Below, piece by piece: positions 49,829 to 59,587 of a DNA stretch of 64,000 nucleotides (its first letter is position 1; every line of letters starts with the position of its first letter). Location: positions 164,844 to 228,843 of the forward strand of contig JAPDJH010000004.1 of assembly GCA_029259175.1 (NCBI GenBank), in the 5' to 3' direction. Position numbers and translations under genes: made by a program. Source of the stretch: Hadesarchaea archaeon (GTDB lineage Archaea; Hadarchaeota; Hadarchaeia; Hadarchaeales; Hadarchaeaceae). Below the pieces are notes generated by a model, which had not been told where the DNA came from, searched no databases, and worked only from the letters and a program-made list of their open reading frames with translations.

Positions 49829-50794
49829 ATGGTTCTTACGCAAGTCAAGAAGACGGCGGCTGACATCAAACACATGCGGATACGCGGCGCCGGCAGGATT
49901 GCTAGAGCGGTTGCCCGGGCACTGAAGACCGTGGCGGTAAAATCCAAAGCCAAGAGAACAAGCGATTTTGTAAAGGAAATCAAACAAGCGGCCGATCTGC
50001 TCTATCGGACGCGGCCAACAGCGGTTTCCCTGCCAAACGCTATACGGTACGTCCTACGAGATTTGCGAGCTGACAGAGACGTTAAGGAACTGCGCGAGCA
50101 GATAGTCACGCGTGCTAACGAGTTCATTCAGAACTCGCTCCTAGCTGTCAAGCGCATCGGAGAGATTGGAGCCAGACGGATCTCAGACGGCGATGTGGTT
50201 TTAACCCACTGCAATAGCGAATGTGCGATCTCGGTTCTCACCGCTGCCTACAAACAGGGAAAAGACATCCGGGTGATCGTCACGGAATCGCGTCCTCGTT
50301 TGCAAGGTCATCTTACAGCCAGAGCCCTACTCAAGGAGAAAATACCCACCACCATGATAGTCGATTCGGCAGTCCGCTTTATCATGAAAGAGGTCGACAA
50401 GGTGATCGTGGGTGCTGATAGTATTGCGGCAAATGGTGCTGTAGTTAACAAAATCGGGACATCCCAGATCGCGCTTGCGGCGCATGAAGCCCGTGTGTTG
50501 TTCTACGTGGCGGCGGAGACGTACAAATTTCACCCTGGAACTCTGGTCGGACAGCTGGTGGAAATCGAAGAAAGAGATCCACAAGAAGTAGTCGATCTCC
50601 GGAAGTTTCCGGGGTTGAAGGTGAGAAATCCGAGTTTTGATGTGACACCGCCGGAGTATGTGGATCTCATTATAACGGAACAAGGAGTCATTCCTCCGTC
50701 GGCGGCTTTCACTATTATTCGGGAACTCTTTGGATGGGGGCCTCAGGAGCGCTCTAAGTTTCTCTCCTTGTCCGGCGGATCAGCCCTCGAATAG
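49829..50794 (+). CDS. Ribose-1,5-bisphosphate isomerase (eIF2B-like)
   Basis: IRGAGRIA, RPTAVSL, THCNS, NKIGT, FDVTP. Confidence 0.92.
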   Translation: MVLTQVKKTAADIKHMRIRGAGRIARAVARALKTVAVKSKAKRTSDFVKEIKQAADLLYRTRPTAVSLPNAIRYVLRDLRADRDVKELREQIVTRANEFIQNSLLAVKRIGEIGARRISDGDVVLTHCNSECAISVLTAAYKQGKDIRVIVTESRPRLQGHLTARALLKEKIPTTMIVDSAVRFIMKEVDKVIVGADSIAANGAVVNKIGTSQIALAAHEARVLFYVAAETYKFHPGTLVGQLVEIEERDPQEVVDLRKFPGLKVRNPSFDVTPPEYVDLIITEQGVIPPSAAFTIIRELFGWGPQERSKFLSLSGGSALE

Positions 50795-51389
50795 CTCCGA
50801 TTTCTGTTCGGCGTACCCGATCACTGATGAAGTCGATCCAGGGTTTTCCCGGATTGCCGATCTGCCAAAGGTCCACAAACAACTGACCCACGGGTGCGAC
50901 ATTGTTCTGTGCCAGTTTGATGAGATGGGGATCCGAATTGAGGACGATTATCTCGGAGACTGGTTCTTGAACTTTGGCGAATGCTCTGCGAACGGGAGCG
51001 CTATCCCCGTAAACGAACACCTGATCGTATTCGCGCAGCACCTTTTTGAACCGGGCTTTGAATCCCGAAAAACACGTAAGAACATGGGTGGTGCTCAGGG
51101 TTCGCTCTACGTCGGTGATTGGAGACCCCGTTGGCCATCGAAGTGCAATATCGGCGTACAGATCTCGGTGGTTTGCCCAGTAAAGAAGAATTCTTTCAAT
51201 ATCGATTACTCGAAAACCTTGGGGCTTGATCTCTACCGCGCCCAGACGCTCAAATTTTTTGAGCACACGGTTAACCGCTCCTATAGCGATATCACACTCC
51301 CTCGCCAGATCGAGCTGACACATAAACCGCAAGTCCTCTTCCAAATACGAATAGGCAATCTGACGCGGAATTCGCTCCCACTTCTTCAC
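50754..51389 (-). CDS. Winged-HTH protein (AbiEi-like architecture)
   Basis: QLDLARECDIAIGAVNRVLKK, LLYWA, QLFVDLW. Confidence 0.6.
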   Translation of the reverse strand: MKKWERIPRQIAYSYLEEDLRFMCQLDLARECDIAIGAVNRVLKKFERLGAVEIKPQGFRVIDIERILLYWANHRDLYADIALRWPTGSPITDVERTLSTTHVLTCFSGFKARFKKVLREYDQVFVYGDSAPVRRAFAKVQEPVSEIIVLNSDPHLIKLAQNNVAPVGQLFVDLWQIGNPGKPWIDFISDRVRRTEIGAIRGLIRRTRRET

Positions 51390-51497
51390 GTGAAACTGGT
51401 GGATGGCTGTAGATTTATAACTTTCGCAAAAATGTGAAACATTTCAAAATTTAAAAATCACATAAATTTGGCGGACGAAAAAGATAGAGGTAGAGGG

Positions 51498-52205
51498 ATG
51501 CGAAGCGCCTTAGTGGTGGCACTCATGTTGTTGGGGGGAGCGCTGGGAGTATCGGCACAAACGGAAAACTACCAGTATTATCTATCGTTTCCGGGAGATC
51601 CCATTCTCAGAGAGGTTGTTCTTGTATTCAACACCCCGGTTGAAAACACTCCTGCAGTCATGAGGACTGATGAAAAACCCGTAGGAGTGCCAGCGCCAGC
51701 GCAAGTCGTGCTTTCCTATCTTACTATCACGGCTGATGAGCAGGCTCAGAGCATGGAGCTGAACTTCGCCATTTCTTGTCAGTGGTTGCAGCAAAACCAC
51801 GCACTGGAAAATGAGGTGAAGGTGCTAAAATATGATAATGGGTGGATTCAATTCACTCCAGACCTGACGGGAAAAGATGAAAATTTCGTATACTATCACG
51901 CAGAGGTAGATTTCCCGCAGATTTTGGCCATAGTGGCTTCCCAGCAAGCTTCGAGCAATCCGTTCCTGCCAGCAGTGGTCATCATACTAGGGTTGGTGGC
52001 TTTCTCAGTGGCATACTGGTTCGTCATACGACCCCGAAAGCCCTTTGCCCCTCTAAAAAAGCTAAAGTCGGAGATGCGCGCGCCCGTGATTAAAGAAGAA
52101 CCGAAAGCGGAAGAGAGGATGGTTCACGCGCTAAGAAAATTGAGGGAAAGCGCGTCTGCACGCGAAAAACAAAAACACACAAAACAACACAAGAAGAGGG
52201 GTTGA
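51498..52205 (+). CDS. Membrane-anchored surface protein (PGF-pre-PGF-like domain) with basic cytoplasmic tail
   Basis: Signal peptide, F.IS..WL..N, YYHAE, TM helix. Confidence 0.6.
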   Translation: MRSALVVALMLLGGALGVSAQTENYQYYLSFPGDPILREVVLVFNTPVENTPAVMRTDEKPVGVPAPAQVVLSYLTITADEQAQSMELNFAISCQWLQQNHALENEVKVLKYDNGWIQFTPDLTGKDENFVYYHAEVDFPQILAIVASQQASSNPFLPAVVIILGLVAFSVAYWFVIRPRKPFAPLKKLKSEMRAPVIKEEPKAEERMVHALRKLRESASAREKQKHTKQHKKRG

Positions 52206-52206
52206 G

Positions 52207-52503
52207 ATGGAGAGTAGCCGGCGATTAGATGTGGATACTATAATGGAAGCGGCCAAGAGACTGGATGAGCTGGTGCTGTGGGTGTTGCGATCGAGGGGAA
52301 AACTCGGTCGCTCATCCATAATCCAGGAGATATTTGTGACACATGGGTTCTCCCCTCCCTCTGAAAAAATCGATGAAATACTCGAGCGAATGGAGCGAGA
52401 AGGATACGTGAAAAGGGAAAAGGAGGGACTGATTTCTGTTTATGCCCTGACGGAAAAAGGACAAGAGATCGTTAACGGAAAAACGAGCATATCGATCTGT
52501 TGA
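52207..52503 (+). CDS. PadR/AspA-like winged-helix DNA-binding protein
   Basis: LERMEREGYV...YALTEKG. Confidence 0.75.
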   Translation: MESSRRLDVDTIMEAAKRLDELVLWVLRSRGKLGRSSIIQEIFVTHGFSPPSEKIDEILERMEREGYVKREKEGLISVYALTEKGQEIVNGKTSISIC

Positions 52504-52515
52504 GAGCTGAATGAA

Positions 52516-53313
52516 ATGCCAAAGACAAAACCTCTGAAGCGAATTCTGCACACCATGCAGCGGGGACAAAAGCCCCAGATTCGAGTCAAACGTGCAAAAA
52601 TTCTGGGGGTGTTTTCGTGCAAAGGGGGTGTGGGGAAAACGACCACCGCTGCCAATCTCGCCTCCTTCTTCGCGTCCCGGCTGGGGAAAGAGGTGCTGGT
52701 GGTGGACGCGAATCTTTCAGCACCGAATTTAGGACTCCACCTAGGAATCTTGGAGGTGGAGAACAGCATTCACGATGTGTTGGTGGGTGCTGTTCCAGCA
52801 GAAAGTGCGGTCCACGTTCACAACTCCGGGCTTCACGTGATCCCTGGATCGCTGGCTTATGAGGGAGACATTCCGCTGATAGATTTCAAGGCAAGTATCG
52901 AACCACTAAGGCAGAAATACAAGCTCATCATTCTCGATTCGGCTCCCGGTCTGGGGACTGAAGCCGTCGCAGCTATAAAAGCTTGTGATCACATGCTCAT
53001 CGTAACCAATCCAGAGATACCGACCATAGCCAGCACGATGAAAACGTTCAGGGCGGCCGAACGGTATCGCAAACCAATTCTGGGGGTAGTAGTAAACAAG
53101 GTAAGCGGGCGAAAGTTCGAGGTCCCGCTATCGGAGGTCAAGCGAACGCTCGGATGGCCGGTTCTGATGTCCGTGCCCGAAGATCTGAAAGTGAGGGAGA
53201 GTCTCACGGCGGGAGCTCCGGTAATCAACTTTGCTCCAAAATCTGCTGCCGCGCGGGCCTTTATGGAGCTTGGGGAGCGAGTTTGGGAAAAACTCGGATT
53301 CAAGTCTCGTTAG
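52516..53313 (+). CDS. MinD/ParA-family ATPase
   Basis: Deviant Walker A KGGVGKTT, VDAN, LDSAPG, VVNK. Confidence 0.9.
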   Translation: MPKTKPLKRILHTMQRGQKPQIRVKRAKILGVFSCKGGVGKTTTAANLASFFASRLGKEVLVVDANLSAPNLGLHLGILEVENSIHDVLVGAVPAESAVHVHNSGLHVIPGSLAYEGDIPLIDFKASIEPLRQKYKLIILDSAPGLGTEAVAAIKACDHMLIVTNPEIPTIASTMKTFRAAERYRKPILGVVVNKVSGRKFEVPLSEVKRTLGWPVLMSVPEDLKVRESLTAGAPVINFAPKSAAARAFMELGERVWEKLGFKSR

Positions 53314-53573
53314 CTCAGCTTGTACACCAAGTCTCCTTCTCTCACTCGCTGTTCCACTTTGAGACCGATGGACTGTCCCGGACCAGCTTTTTCCACGTTT
53401 TGGTGCTCGATCTGCATCGATGTCACGGTCTGCTGGAAGTTCGTTGTGTGCCCCTCAATCGATATGCGATCTCCTATCTTGAGTTCGTCCGTTAGCTCCA
53501 CAACCGCCACGCTTATCTTCGTGAAGTAGTGGGTGACTTTTCCCACCAATTTCTTTTCTGGTTGAGGCTCCAT
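53310..53573 (-). CDS. Small EF-Tu domain II-like beta-barrel protein
   Basis: GKVTHYFTKISVA, SMQI, GLKV..RVREGD. Confidence 0.8.
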   Translation of the reverse strand: MEPQPEKKLVGKVTHYFTKISVAVVELTDELKIGDRISIEGHTTNFQQTVTSMQIEHQNVEKAGPGQSIGLKVEQRVREGDLVYKLS

Positions 53574-53617
53574 TTCTCTCACCACCTCACTATTAGACGG
53601 CGATCCTAAAAACGCTT

Positions 53618-54577
53618 TCAGAGAGAACGGCGAGATCGCTTTCGGGTTCGCTCCAACACGGCCGCAGCCATTAGGGGGAGCAACACCGTGGCGTCGCCTT
53701 CCACGGTAACACGCGGCGCAACCGGCTTCACTTTTTTCCAAGAGACCGCCTCTCGCGTGCGGGCGCCGCTCAAGCTCCCGTCCCATTCGACAGCAGTGGT
53801 CATATAGACCACATAGTCGAGCCCGTTCTTGAATTGATTCCACCAAATGGTGTGGTGCTTGCTGATACCTCCACCAACGATCACCGCTCCCGTCTTCTTC
53901 GCGCTGAAGACGATATCAGCGAGCTTTTGCTGGTCCGCGAACTCGTCGATTCTGAATTCCCGGTGAGTCTGCCAAAACATCCAGAGCTGACTTCCGACTG
54001 CACCATCGAATATGCCCGGGACAAAAACCGGGATACGGTTTTTCCAAGCCCAGTAGAGAATCGAGTCCGGCTTCAGCCGCTTTCCGAATTCCCAGATCAG
54101 CTCATGAACGGAGAATTCGCGTTTTCCCTCGCTCCACAGCTCTTCCAAAAACGACTGGACTTTTTTCTCCAAAAGCTGGCCGTAGCTCGAATCGGGAACA
54201 AAGATATTGCCCAAGCGATTGATTCCCTCCTTTCTCAGCTCCGCGTCGTCGGCCATGAAATCCCCATGGTAATAAGGTTTCCAAGTTCGCGCGATATCGT
54301 GGTCGAGGGTTCCGCAGGTGGTCACTATCACATCGATCAGTTTTTGCTTTGCGAGATCTGCGATTACTCCCCGGCATCCCGTGGCAACTATGCAGGCTGG
54401 AAAAGAGAAGAACTTCACACAGTCGGGATCCTCAACCATCCGTCTCCATATCTGTACGCCCTGCCACACTTTTTTCGCGACGAATCCTCCGGCATTGCCC
54501 AAAGCATCGACCATTTTTCCTACACTCATCTTGGGTGTGAGACGGATGTCCCGCACTTTCTTCATTCTCGACCTCAT
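53618..54577 (-). CDS. dys: Deoxyhypusine synthase
   Basis: RLGNIF, GGGISKH, DGSLSGA..EAVSW.K. Confidence 0.93.
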   Translation of the reverse strand: MRSRMKKVRDIRLTPKMSVGKMVDALGNAGGFVAKKVWQGVQIWRRMVEDPDCVKFFSFPACIVATGCRGVIADLAKQKLIDVIVTTCGTLDHDIARTWKPYYHGDFMADDAELRKEGINRLGNIFVPDSSYGQLLEKKVQSFLEELWSEGKREFSVHELIWEFGKRLKPDSILYWAWKNRIPVFVPGIFDGAVGSQLWMFWQTHREFRIDEFADQQKLADIVFSAKKTGAVIVGGGISKHHTIWWNQFKNGLDYVVYMTTAVEWDGSLSGARTREAVSWKKVKPVAPRVTVEGDATVLLPLMAAAVLERTRKRSRRSL

Positions 54578-54635
54578 ACTTATCTCGGGTGCTCGTGAAA
54601 AAGACTTATGTGAAAGCCGGGAAGTAAAATTTGTT

Positions 54636-55226
54636 ATGCGGCTGATGGATCTGCTGAGAAGAATAAATCTGCTAAAAAGTGTGCCGCGAGCCGGGTGGGC
54701 TCTGGCAAAAATAGAGCGCACGTCGATGGAGGATGTTGCGCAGCACTCCTTTGAAGTCGCGTCGATCTGTGCGGCTGTCGACGACGAATTGAAAAAGCGA
54801 GGAGTACAGCTCGATTTGCATAAAACGGTCTTGATGGCGCTAATCCACGACTGGAACGAAGCGTTGATTGGGGACATTCCGTGTCCCGCGCTGGAACACG
54901 CTGGCGATCGGGGTTTCAAAAGCGAAATGGAAGTGAACGCCACGGCCAAAATGTTGTCTGATCACCCAGAATTGTTGGCACTGTGGCAGGAATATCACGA
55001 ACAGTCAAGTCCGGAGGCGAGGTTGGTCCGAGCGGCTGACTATCTCTCCATGTTGTTGCAAGCGCTCACCTATATGGAGCGGGGGACACGGTGCGAAGAA
55101 ATGGAGGGGCTCTGGGCCGCTGTGCGCCAAGATATCGCTCCCTTTTTGTCCGAGTTTCCTCTTCTCTCCGGGCTGGTGGATGAGCTGGAGCAGAAAAAAG
55201 CTGAGATTCTATCCTCCGGTGGATGA
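54636..55226 (+). CDS. HD-domain hydrolase (YfbR-like)
   Basis: PRAGW, E.VAQHS, IHD..E...GD. Confidence 0.88.
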   Translation: MRLMDLLRRINLLKSVPRAGWALAKIERTSMEDVAQHSFEVASICAAVDDELKKRGVQLDLHKTVLMALIHDWNEALIGDIPCPALEHAGDRGFKSEMEVNATAKMLSDHPELLALWQEYHEQSSPEARLVRAADYLSMLLQALTYMERGTRCEEMEGLWAAVRQDIAPFLSEFPLLSGLVDELEQKKAEILSSGG

Positions 55227-57269
55227 AGAGGTCTTTTCGAGCGCGCTCCTCACCATCTCGTAGGCCTTCTTGGCCTCTTCCACCGCCACCTCGCTCTCTA
55301 GAGTGGTCACATCACCTAAGGGTTTGCCCTCAGCGACAGCGCGGAGCAGCCGTCTCATGATCTTTCCACTTCGGGTCTTCGGGAGGGTGTCCACGAAGGT
55401 GATGAGAGCATCAGACGCGACCACTGGGCCCAAGGTGGTGCGGAGGTGTTTTTTGAGCTCGGTTGCGAGTTCTTGGCTTCCGCTGAATCCGGATCTCAGC
55501 GTCACATAGATCAGCGGGATTTCTCCCTTGATCGGGTCACTCTTTCCAACGCACGCGGCCTCCGCAACGGCCGGATGTTTGACCATGGCGGACTCCACCT
55601 CGGCCGTGCCGATCCGATGGCCAGCCACTTTCAGAACATCGTCTGCCCTCCCCAGCACCCAGATATATCCGTCGTCGTCCACCATGGCGAAGTCGCCGGT
55701 ATAATAGTGCCAGCCACGCTGCTTGTATTTCCCGAAATACACCTGAAGATAGCGTTCCGGCTCCTTGAAAAGGGTCATCAACATCCCGGGCCACGGGGTG
55801 CTGATAACCAGATATCCTCGCTGCCCTGGCTTGACCGGCTTGCCCTCTTCGTCGAACACCTGCATCTTAACAGCGGGGATGGGATACCCGTTGGTCCCCG
55901 GTTTGAGGGGGAAGATCTTACCCATGCCGGGGAAATGTCCTGTGAGCATTCCGCCCGTTTCGGTCATCCACCACGTGCTCGAACACACGCAGTCAGAATT
56001 GCCGAAGACCTCGTAGTACCACCTCCACGCCTCCGGATTTATGGGCTCGCCCACGCTGTGGATTATGCGGAGGGAAGAAAGATCGTGCTTTGTGTACTTT
56101 TCCTTGGAATGGCGCATGAGCATGCGGATGGCCGTGGGTGCCGTGTAGAATATGGTCACGCGGTGGCGCTCGATCATTGCCGCCCAGCGGTCCACATCCG
56201 GATAATTCGGTGCCCCCTCATACATGAGAGTAGTCGCGCCGCAGATGAGGGGGCCATAAACGATGTAGCTGTGACCGGTGATCCATCCGATGTCGGCGGC
56301 GCACCAGTACACGTCCTCGTCCCGGATATCGAAAATGAGCTTCATGGTGGTGTAGAGATGGACGGCGTATCCCCCGACAGAGTGCTGCGCCCCCTTGGGT
56401 TTGCCGGTGGTGCCGGAGGTGTAGAGGATGAAACTGAAATCGTCGTGTCCCAAGGGCTCACAGGACACGGTGGCGTCGGAGGGGATTCCGCCTAGCAGAT
56501 CCGAGTGCCACAGATCTCGGCTGGGATCCCAGGAAACATCGTTCCCCACTCGTTTGACGACCACGACTTTTTCTATTCGGTGGCCCTCGCGTTCACAGAT
56601 CGCGATCGCCTCATCAACGATTTGCTTGAGGTTCAAAACCTTTCCTCTCCGGTACACACCGTCGGCGGTCACCACAATCCGAGCCCCGGCGTCCATTATC
56701 CTTATAGCCAGTGCTTGGGCGCTGAACCCGCTGAAGACTATGCTGTGCCCCGCTCCAAGACGTTGCACTGCCAGCATGTAGAGAGGGAGCTCGGGAATCA
56801 TAGGGAGGTAAAAAGTGAGTATTTCTCCCTTCTTCACTCCGAGTTTTTGTCTCAGAGCAAAAGCAATCCGGTTGGACAATCGACACAGCTCGCGGTAGGT
56901 GAACTTTCGGATCTCAACTGGTTTTCCGTTCTCGTCCACCGGTTCACTCTCCCATATCAGGGCCACTTTGTCCCCCCTTCCCTGACGCAGTTGCCAATCA
57001 GTGCAGAGATAGGCCAAATTCGTTTTGGCTCCCACAAACCAGCGGTAGAAAGGAGGGTTGCTATCGTCTAGAACTTTGGTCCACTTTTCGAACCAGTAGA
57101 GCTCGTTGGCCCATTTCTCCCACCACCGCTCGATTGCCTGCTTGTCTTTAATGGTCCGCTCGTGAAATTCTCGGTACTCCTCAATTTTCCAGATCTTGTC
57201 CTCCCAGCTCGGTGGAATGATGTACGACTCGAACTCCTTTTTCATCGCCTCCATGGGGTCGGGCATCAT
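55209..57269 (-). CDS. acs: Acetyl-CoA synthetase (AMP-forming)
   Basis: YTSGTTGKPKG, WWMTETG, PKTRSGKIMRR. Confidence 0.96.
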   Translation of the reverse strand: MMPDPMEAMKKEFESYIIPPSWEDKIWKIEEYREFHERTIKDKQAIERWWEKWANELYWFEKWTKVLDDSNPPFYRWFVGAKTNLAYLCTDWQLRQGRGDKVALIWESEPVDENGKPVEIRKFTYRELCRLSNRIAFALRQKLGVKKGEILTFYLPMIPELPLYMLAVQRLGAGHSIVFSGFSAQALAIRIMDAGARIVVTADGVYRRGKVLNLKQIVDEAIAICEREGHRIEKVVVVKRVGNDVSWDPSRDLWHSDLLGGIPSDATVSCEPLGHDDFSFILYTSGTTGKPKGAQHSVGGYAVHLYTTMKLIFDIRDEDVYWCAADIGWITGHSYIVYGPLICGATTLMYEGAPNYPDVDRWAAMIERHRVTIFYTAPTAIRMLMRHSKEKYTKHDLSSLRIIHSVGEPINPEAWRWYYEVFGNSDCVCSSTWWMTETGGMLTGHFPGMGKIFPLKPGTNGYPIPAVKMQVFDEEGKPVKPGQRGYLVISTPWPGMLMTLFKEPERYLQVYFGKYKQRGWHYYTGDFAMVDDDGYIWVLGRADDVLKVAGHRIGTAEVESAMVKHPAVAEAACVGKSDPIKGEIPLIYVTLRSGFSGSQELATELKKHLRTTLGPVVASDALITFVDTLPKTRSGKIMRRLLRAVAEGKPLGDVTTLESEVAVEEAKKAYEMVRSALEKTSSSTGG

Positions 57270-57309
57270 CTACTTTTAGAAATCTTTTCTCTTAAAACCA
57301 ATGGAAAAA

Positions 57310-57663
57310 TTATGTCCTGATGCCGCGCTGCTTCAACATCTGCTTGATTTTTCGATCGCTGATTTTTTCCGGGACTAGCTTGAACTCGCGAACTATGTGG
57401 GGTCTGATTCTCTCTACGACCTTTCCGAGCAGGACGGTGAAAACAAACGCCAAGACGCAAATGTGGAGAGCCTCGAGATCCAACAACACGCCAACTGAGA
57501 GCGAAAGGACAACGATGGAGAATCCCAACAGCACGCTCATTCCCAGCACGAAGAGTGGCCGCTTGCGGTAAAGGAGAACGATCTTTCCACCCATTCCCAG
57601 CATCATGGCTTCGAAGCCCAAGCTCAGGGAGCCCACGAGCAACAACAAGTAGAGCACCAGCAT
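57310..57663 (-). CDS. Hypothetical membrane protein
   Basis: Three hydrophobic segments. Confidence 0.65.
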   Translation of the reverse strand: MLVLYLLLLVGSLSLGFEAMMLGMGGKIVLLYRKRPLFVLGMSVLLGFSIVVLSLSVGVLLDLEALHICVLAFVFTVLLGKVVERIRPHIVREFKLVPEKISDRKIKQMLKQRGIRT

Positions 57664-57675
57664 GCGTGCACATTC

Positions 57676-58332
57676 CTACTTTGTTTTCTTTGGTTTAAGC
57701 TTCTGCTTCCCCGTGGGGCAGAGATCGGAGAGAGGACATAAAGAACACTTTGGTCTGAGAGGTCTGCAGATCTCCCGGCCGAAGAGAACTAGCCCCCGGT
57801 TGAGCACGTGCCAGTAGCGGCGCGGAAAGATCTTGGAGAGGGCTGGAGCGACTTCCTCTATTTTTGCGTTAGGCGAAACAAGTCCGAGCCTGCGGCTGAT
57901 GCGGTTGACGTGGGTATCGACTGGTATCGCCGGGATTCCAAATCCGTAGCACAGGACTACGTTGGCCGTTTTTGAACCCACACCGGGCAAGCGGGTCAGC
58001 TCATCGAAGTTCCGCGGGACTCTGCCCCCGTACTGCTCGAGCAAGATCTTGGAAATGGCTTGCAGGCGCCGAGCTTTCTGTTTCGGGAAGCCCGCGGGTC
58101 TTATCAGCTTCTCGAGTTTTCTGAGTGGGAGTCTCGCGAGCTCATGAGGGGTGGCAGCTACGGTGAAGAGGGCACGGCTGGCGGCTTCGGTGTTTTCTTC
58201 GCGCGTTCGCTGTGAGAGCACACACGAAACAAGCACTTTGAATGGGTCGTCGTGCCAGGGGTGCTCGAGTTCTCTCCGATAGCGTTTTCTCAAGAAGCTG
58301 ATGAGGCGAGATGCCAATTCGTGCTTTCTCAA
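57676..58332 (-). CDS. nth: Endonuclease III
   Basis: LSQRT, LPGVGSKTA HhH, VDTHV, C..PKC..C.L..C. Confidence 0.94.
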   Translation of the reverse strand: MRKHELASRLISFLRKRYRRELEHPWHDDPFKVLVSCVLSQRTREENTEAASRALFTVAATPHELARLPLRKLEKLIRPAGFPKQKARRLQAISKILLEQYGGRVPRNFDELTRLPGVGSKTANVVLCYGFGIPAIPVDTHVNRISRRLGLVSPNAKIEEVAPALSKIFPRRYWHVLNRGLVLFGREICRPLRPKCSLCPLSDLCPTGKQKLKPKKTK

Positions 58333-58739
58333 GGTTCTTCCACCGGCTCTATCACGTAGTAGGCTTGGAGCTTTTCGCAGATGGTTTTGGCCAGCGCGTG
58401 ATAGCACATGTCGACGTCGGCTTTGCCGGGCGCGATGTTCATCACGTAATCCCGGCAGGTGCACATCGTTTTTACGACCTCGTACTCTCCTCCGCGGCCG
58501 CGCACAAACCAGTGGCGACCTCTCTTGATCACCCGGCGCTCTTTTACGGCTTCGAGGGCTCGCTTTCCGCGCCCCCCGTACACATCCATTATTTTTCTTT
58601 CTATTTCAGGGGTTAGGATCGCTCCGGGCTTGAGCATGCCGAACAGCTCTTCTTTTCCTTTGAGAAATGCCTCAGATGGCACGCGATCACCGTTTCCCTT
58701 AGCTAATCTCTCGTTCATTATAATTTCTGCGGTTTCCAT
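58329..58739 (-). CDS. SWIM zinc finger protein
   Basis: CTCRD...CYH. Confidence 0.75.
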   Translation of the reverse strand: METAEIIMNERLAKGNGDRVPSEAFLKGKEELFGMLKPGAILTPEIERKIMDVYGGRGKRALEAVKERRVIKRGRHWFVRGRGGEYEVVKTMCTCRDYVMNIAPGKADVDMCYHALAKTICEKLQAYYVIEPVEEP

Positions 58740-58748
58740 AATAATTGC

Positions 58749-59582
58749 GTGGTGAGGGTGGAAGTTCTCCAAGACCTGAAAAAGTATGGGGTGTGGTTGC
58801 TAAAGAGACGAGGACAGCACGTGGTGGTATCCCCGGAGGTGCTCCACCGAATGGCCGAACACGCGGAGGTGGGAAAAAACGATGTGGTGCTGGAGGTCGG
58901 GACGGGTCTCGGAAATCTCACCGCTGTGCTGGCCGAGCGAGCCAAACACGTCATATCGGTGGAGAAAGATGGCCGGATGCTCGAGCTGGCAAAGCGGAGG
59001 GTCCGGGCGTCCAATGTGACCTTCATTCATGGTGATATCTTCAGAGCAGAGATACCGCGGTTCAATAAGGTAGTGTCCAACATCCCGTACAACATCTCGT
59101 CAAAGCTCACCTTCTGGCTGCTCGAACATCCTTTCGACGTCGGCGTCCTCATGTTCCAGCTGGAGTTCGCGAAACGGCTGGTTGCGGCTCCCGGAACGGC
59201 TCAATACGGCCGACTAACGGTCAACTTTTGGTACAAAGCGGAGGCGGAGGTTCTGGAAGTTCTTCCCCCAGAAGTCTTCTTTCCGCGGCCACGCGTCATG
59301 TCCGCCATAGTGCGTATAAGACGGCGCGCACCGGGTGTGGAGATCAGTGATCAAGAGGTCTTTCAGCGGGTGGTTCGGGCGCTCTTCCAGCACCGGCAAC
59401 AGAAAGTCCGGAATGCGCTGGAACACTCCTTTCACGAGATCTTTCCGAAAGCCCGCTTGGACAAACACGAGCGAAGAAAATTTCTGAATGAAAGAATTCA
59501 TCCGAAGCTGCTCGAGAAAAGAGTGTTGCACTTGACGCCGGAGGAAATCGCGGATGTTTCGAATGCCCTAAGCAGAGATTAG
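58749..59582 (+). CDS. rsmA: 16S rRNA dimethyladenosine transferase
   Basis: GQH, LEVGTGLG, SNIPY, YGRL. Confidence 0.94.
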   Translation: MVRVEVLQDLKKYGVWLLKRRGQHVVVSPEVLHRMAEHAEVGKNDVVLEVGTGLGNLTAVLAERAKHVISVEKDGRMLELAKRRVRASNVTFIHGDIFRAEIPRFNKVVSNIPYNISSKLTFWLLEHPFDVGVLMFQLEFAKRLVAAPGTAQYGRLTVNFWYKAEAEVLEVLPPEVFFPRPRVMSAIVRIRRRAPGVEISDQEVFQRVVRALFQHRQQKVRNALEHSFHEIFPKARLDKHERRKFLNERIHPKLLEKRVLHLTPEEIADVSNALSRD

Positions 59583-59587
59583 TACCC

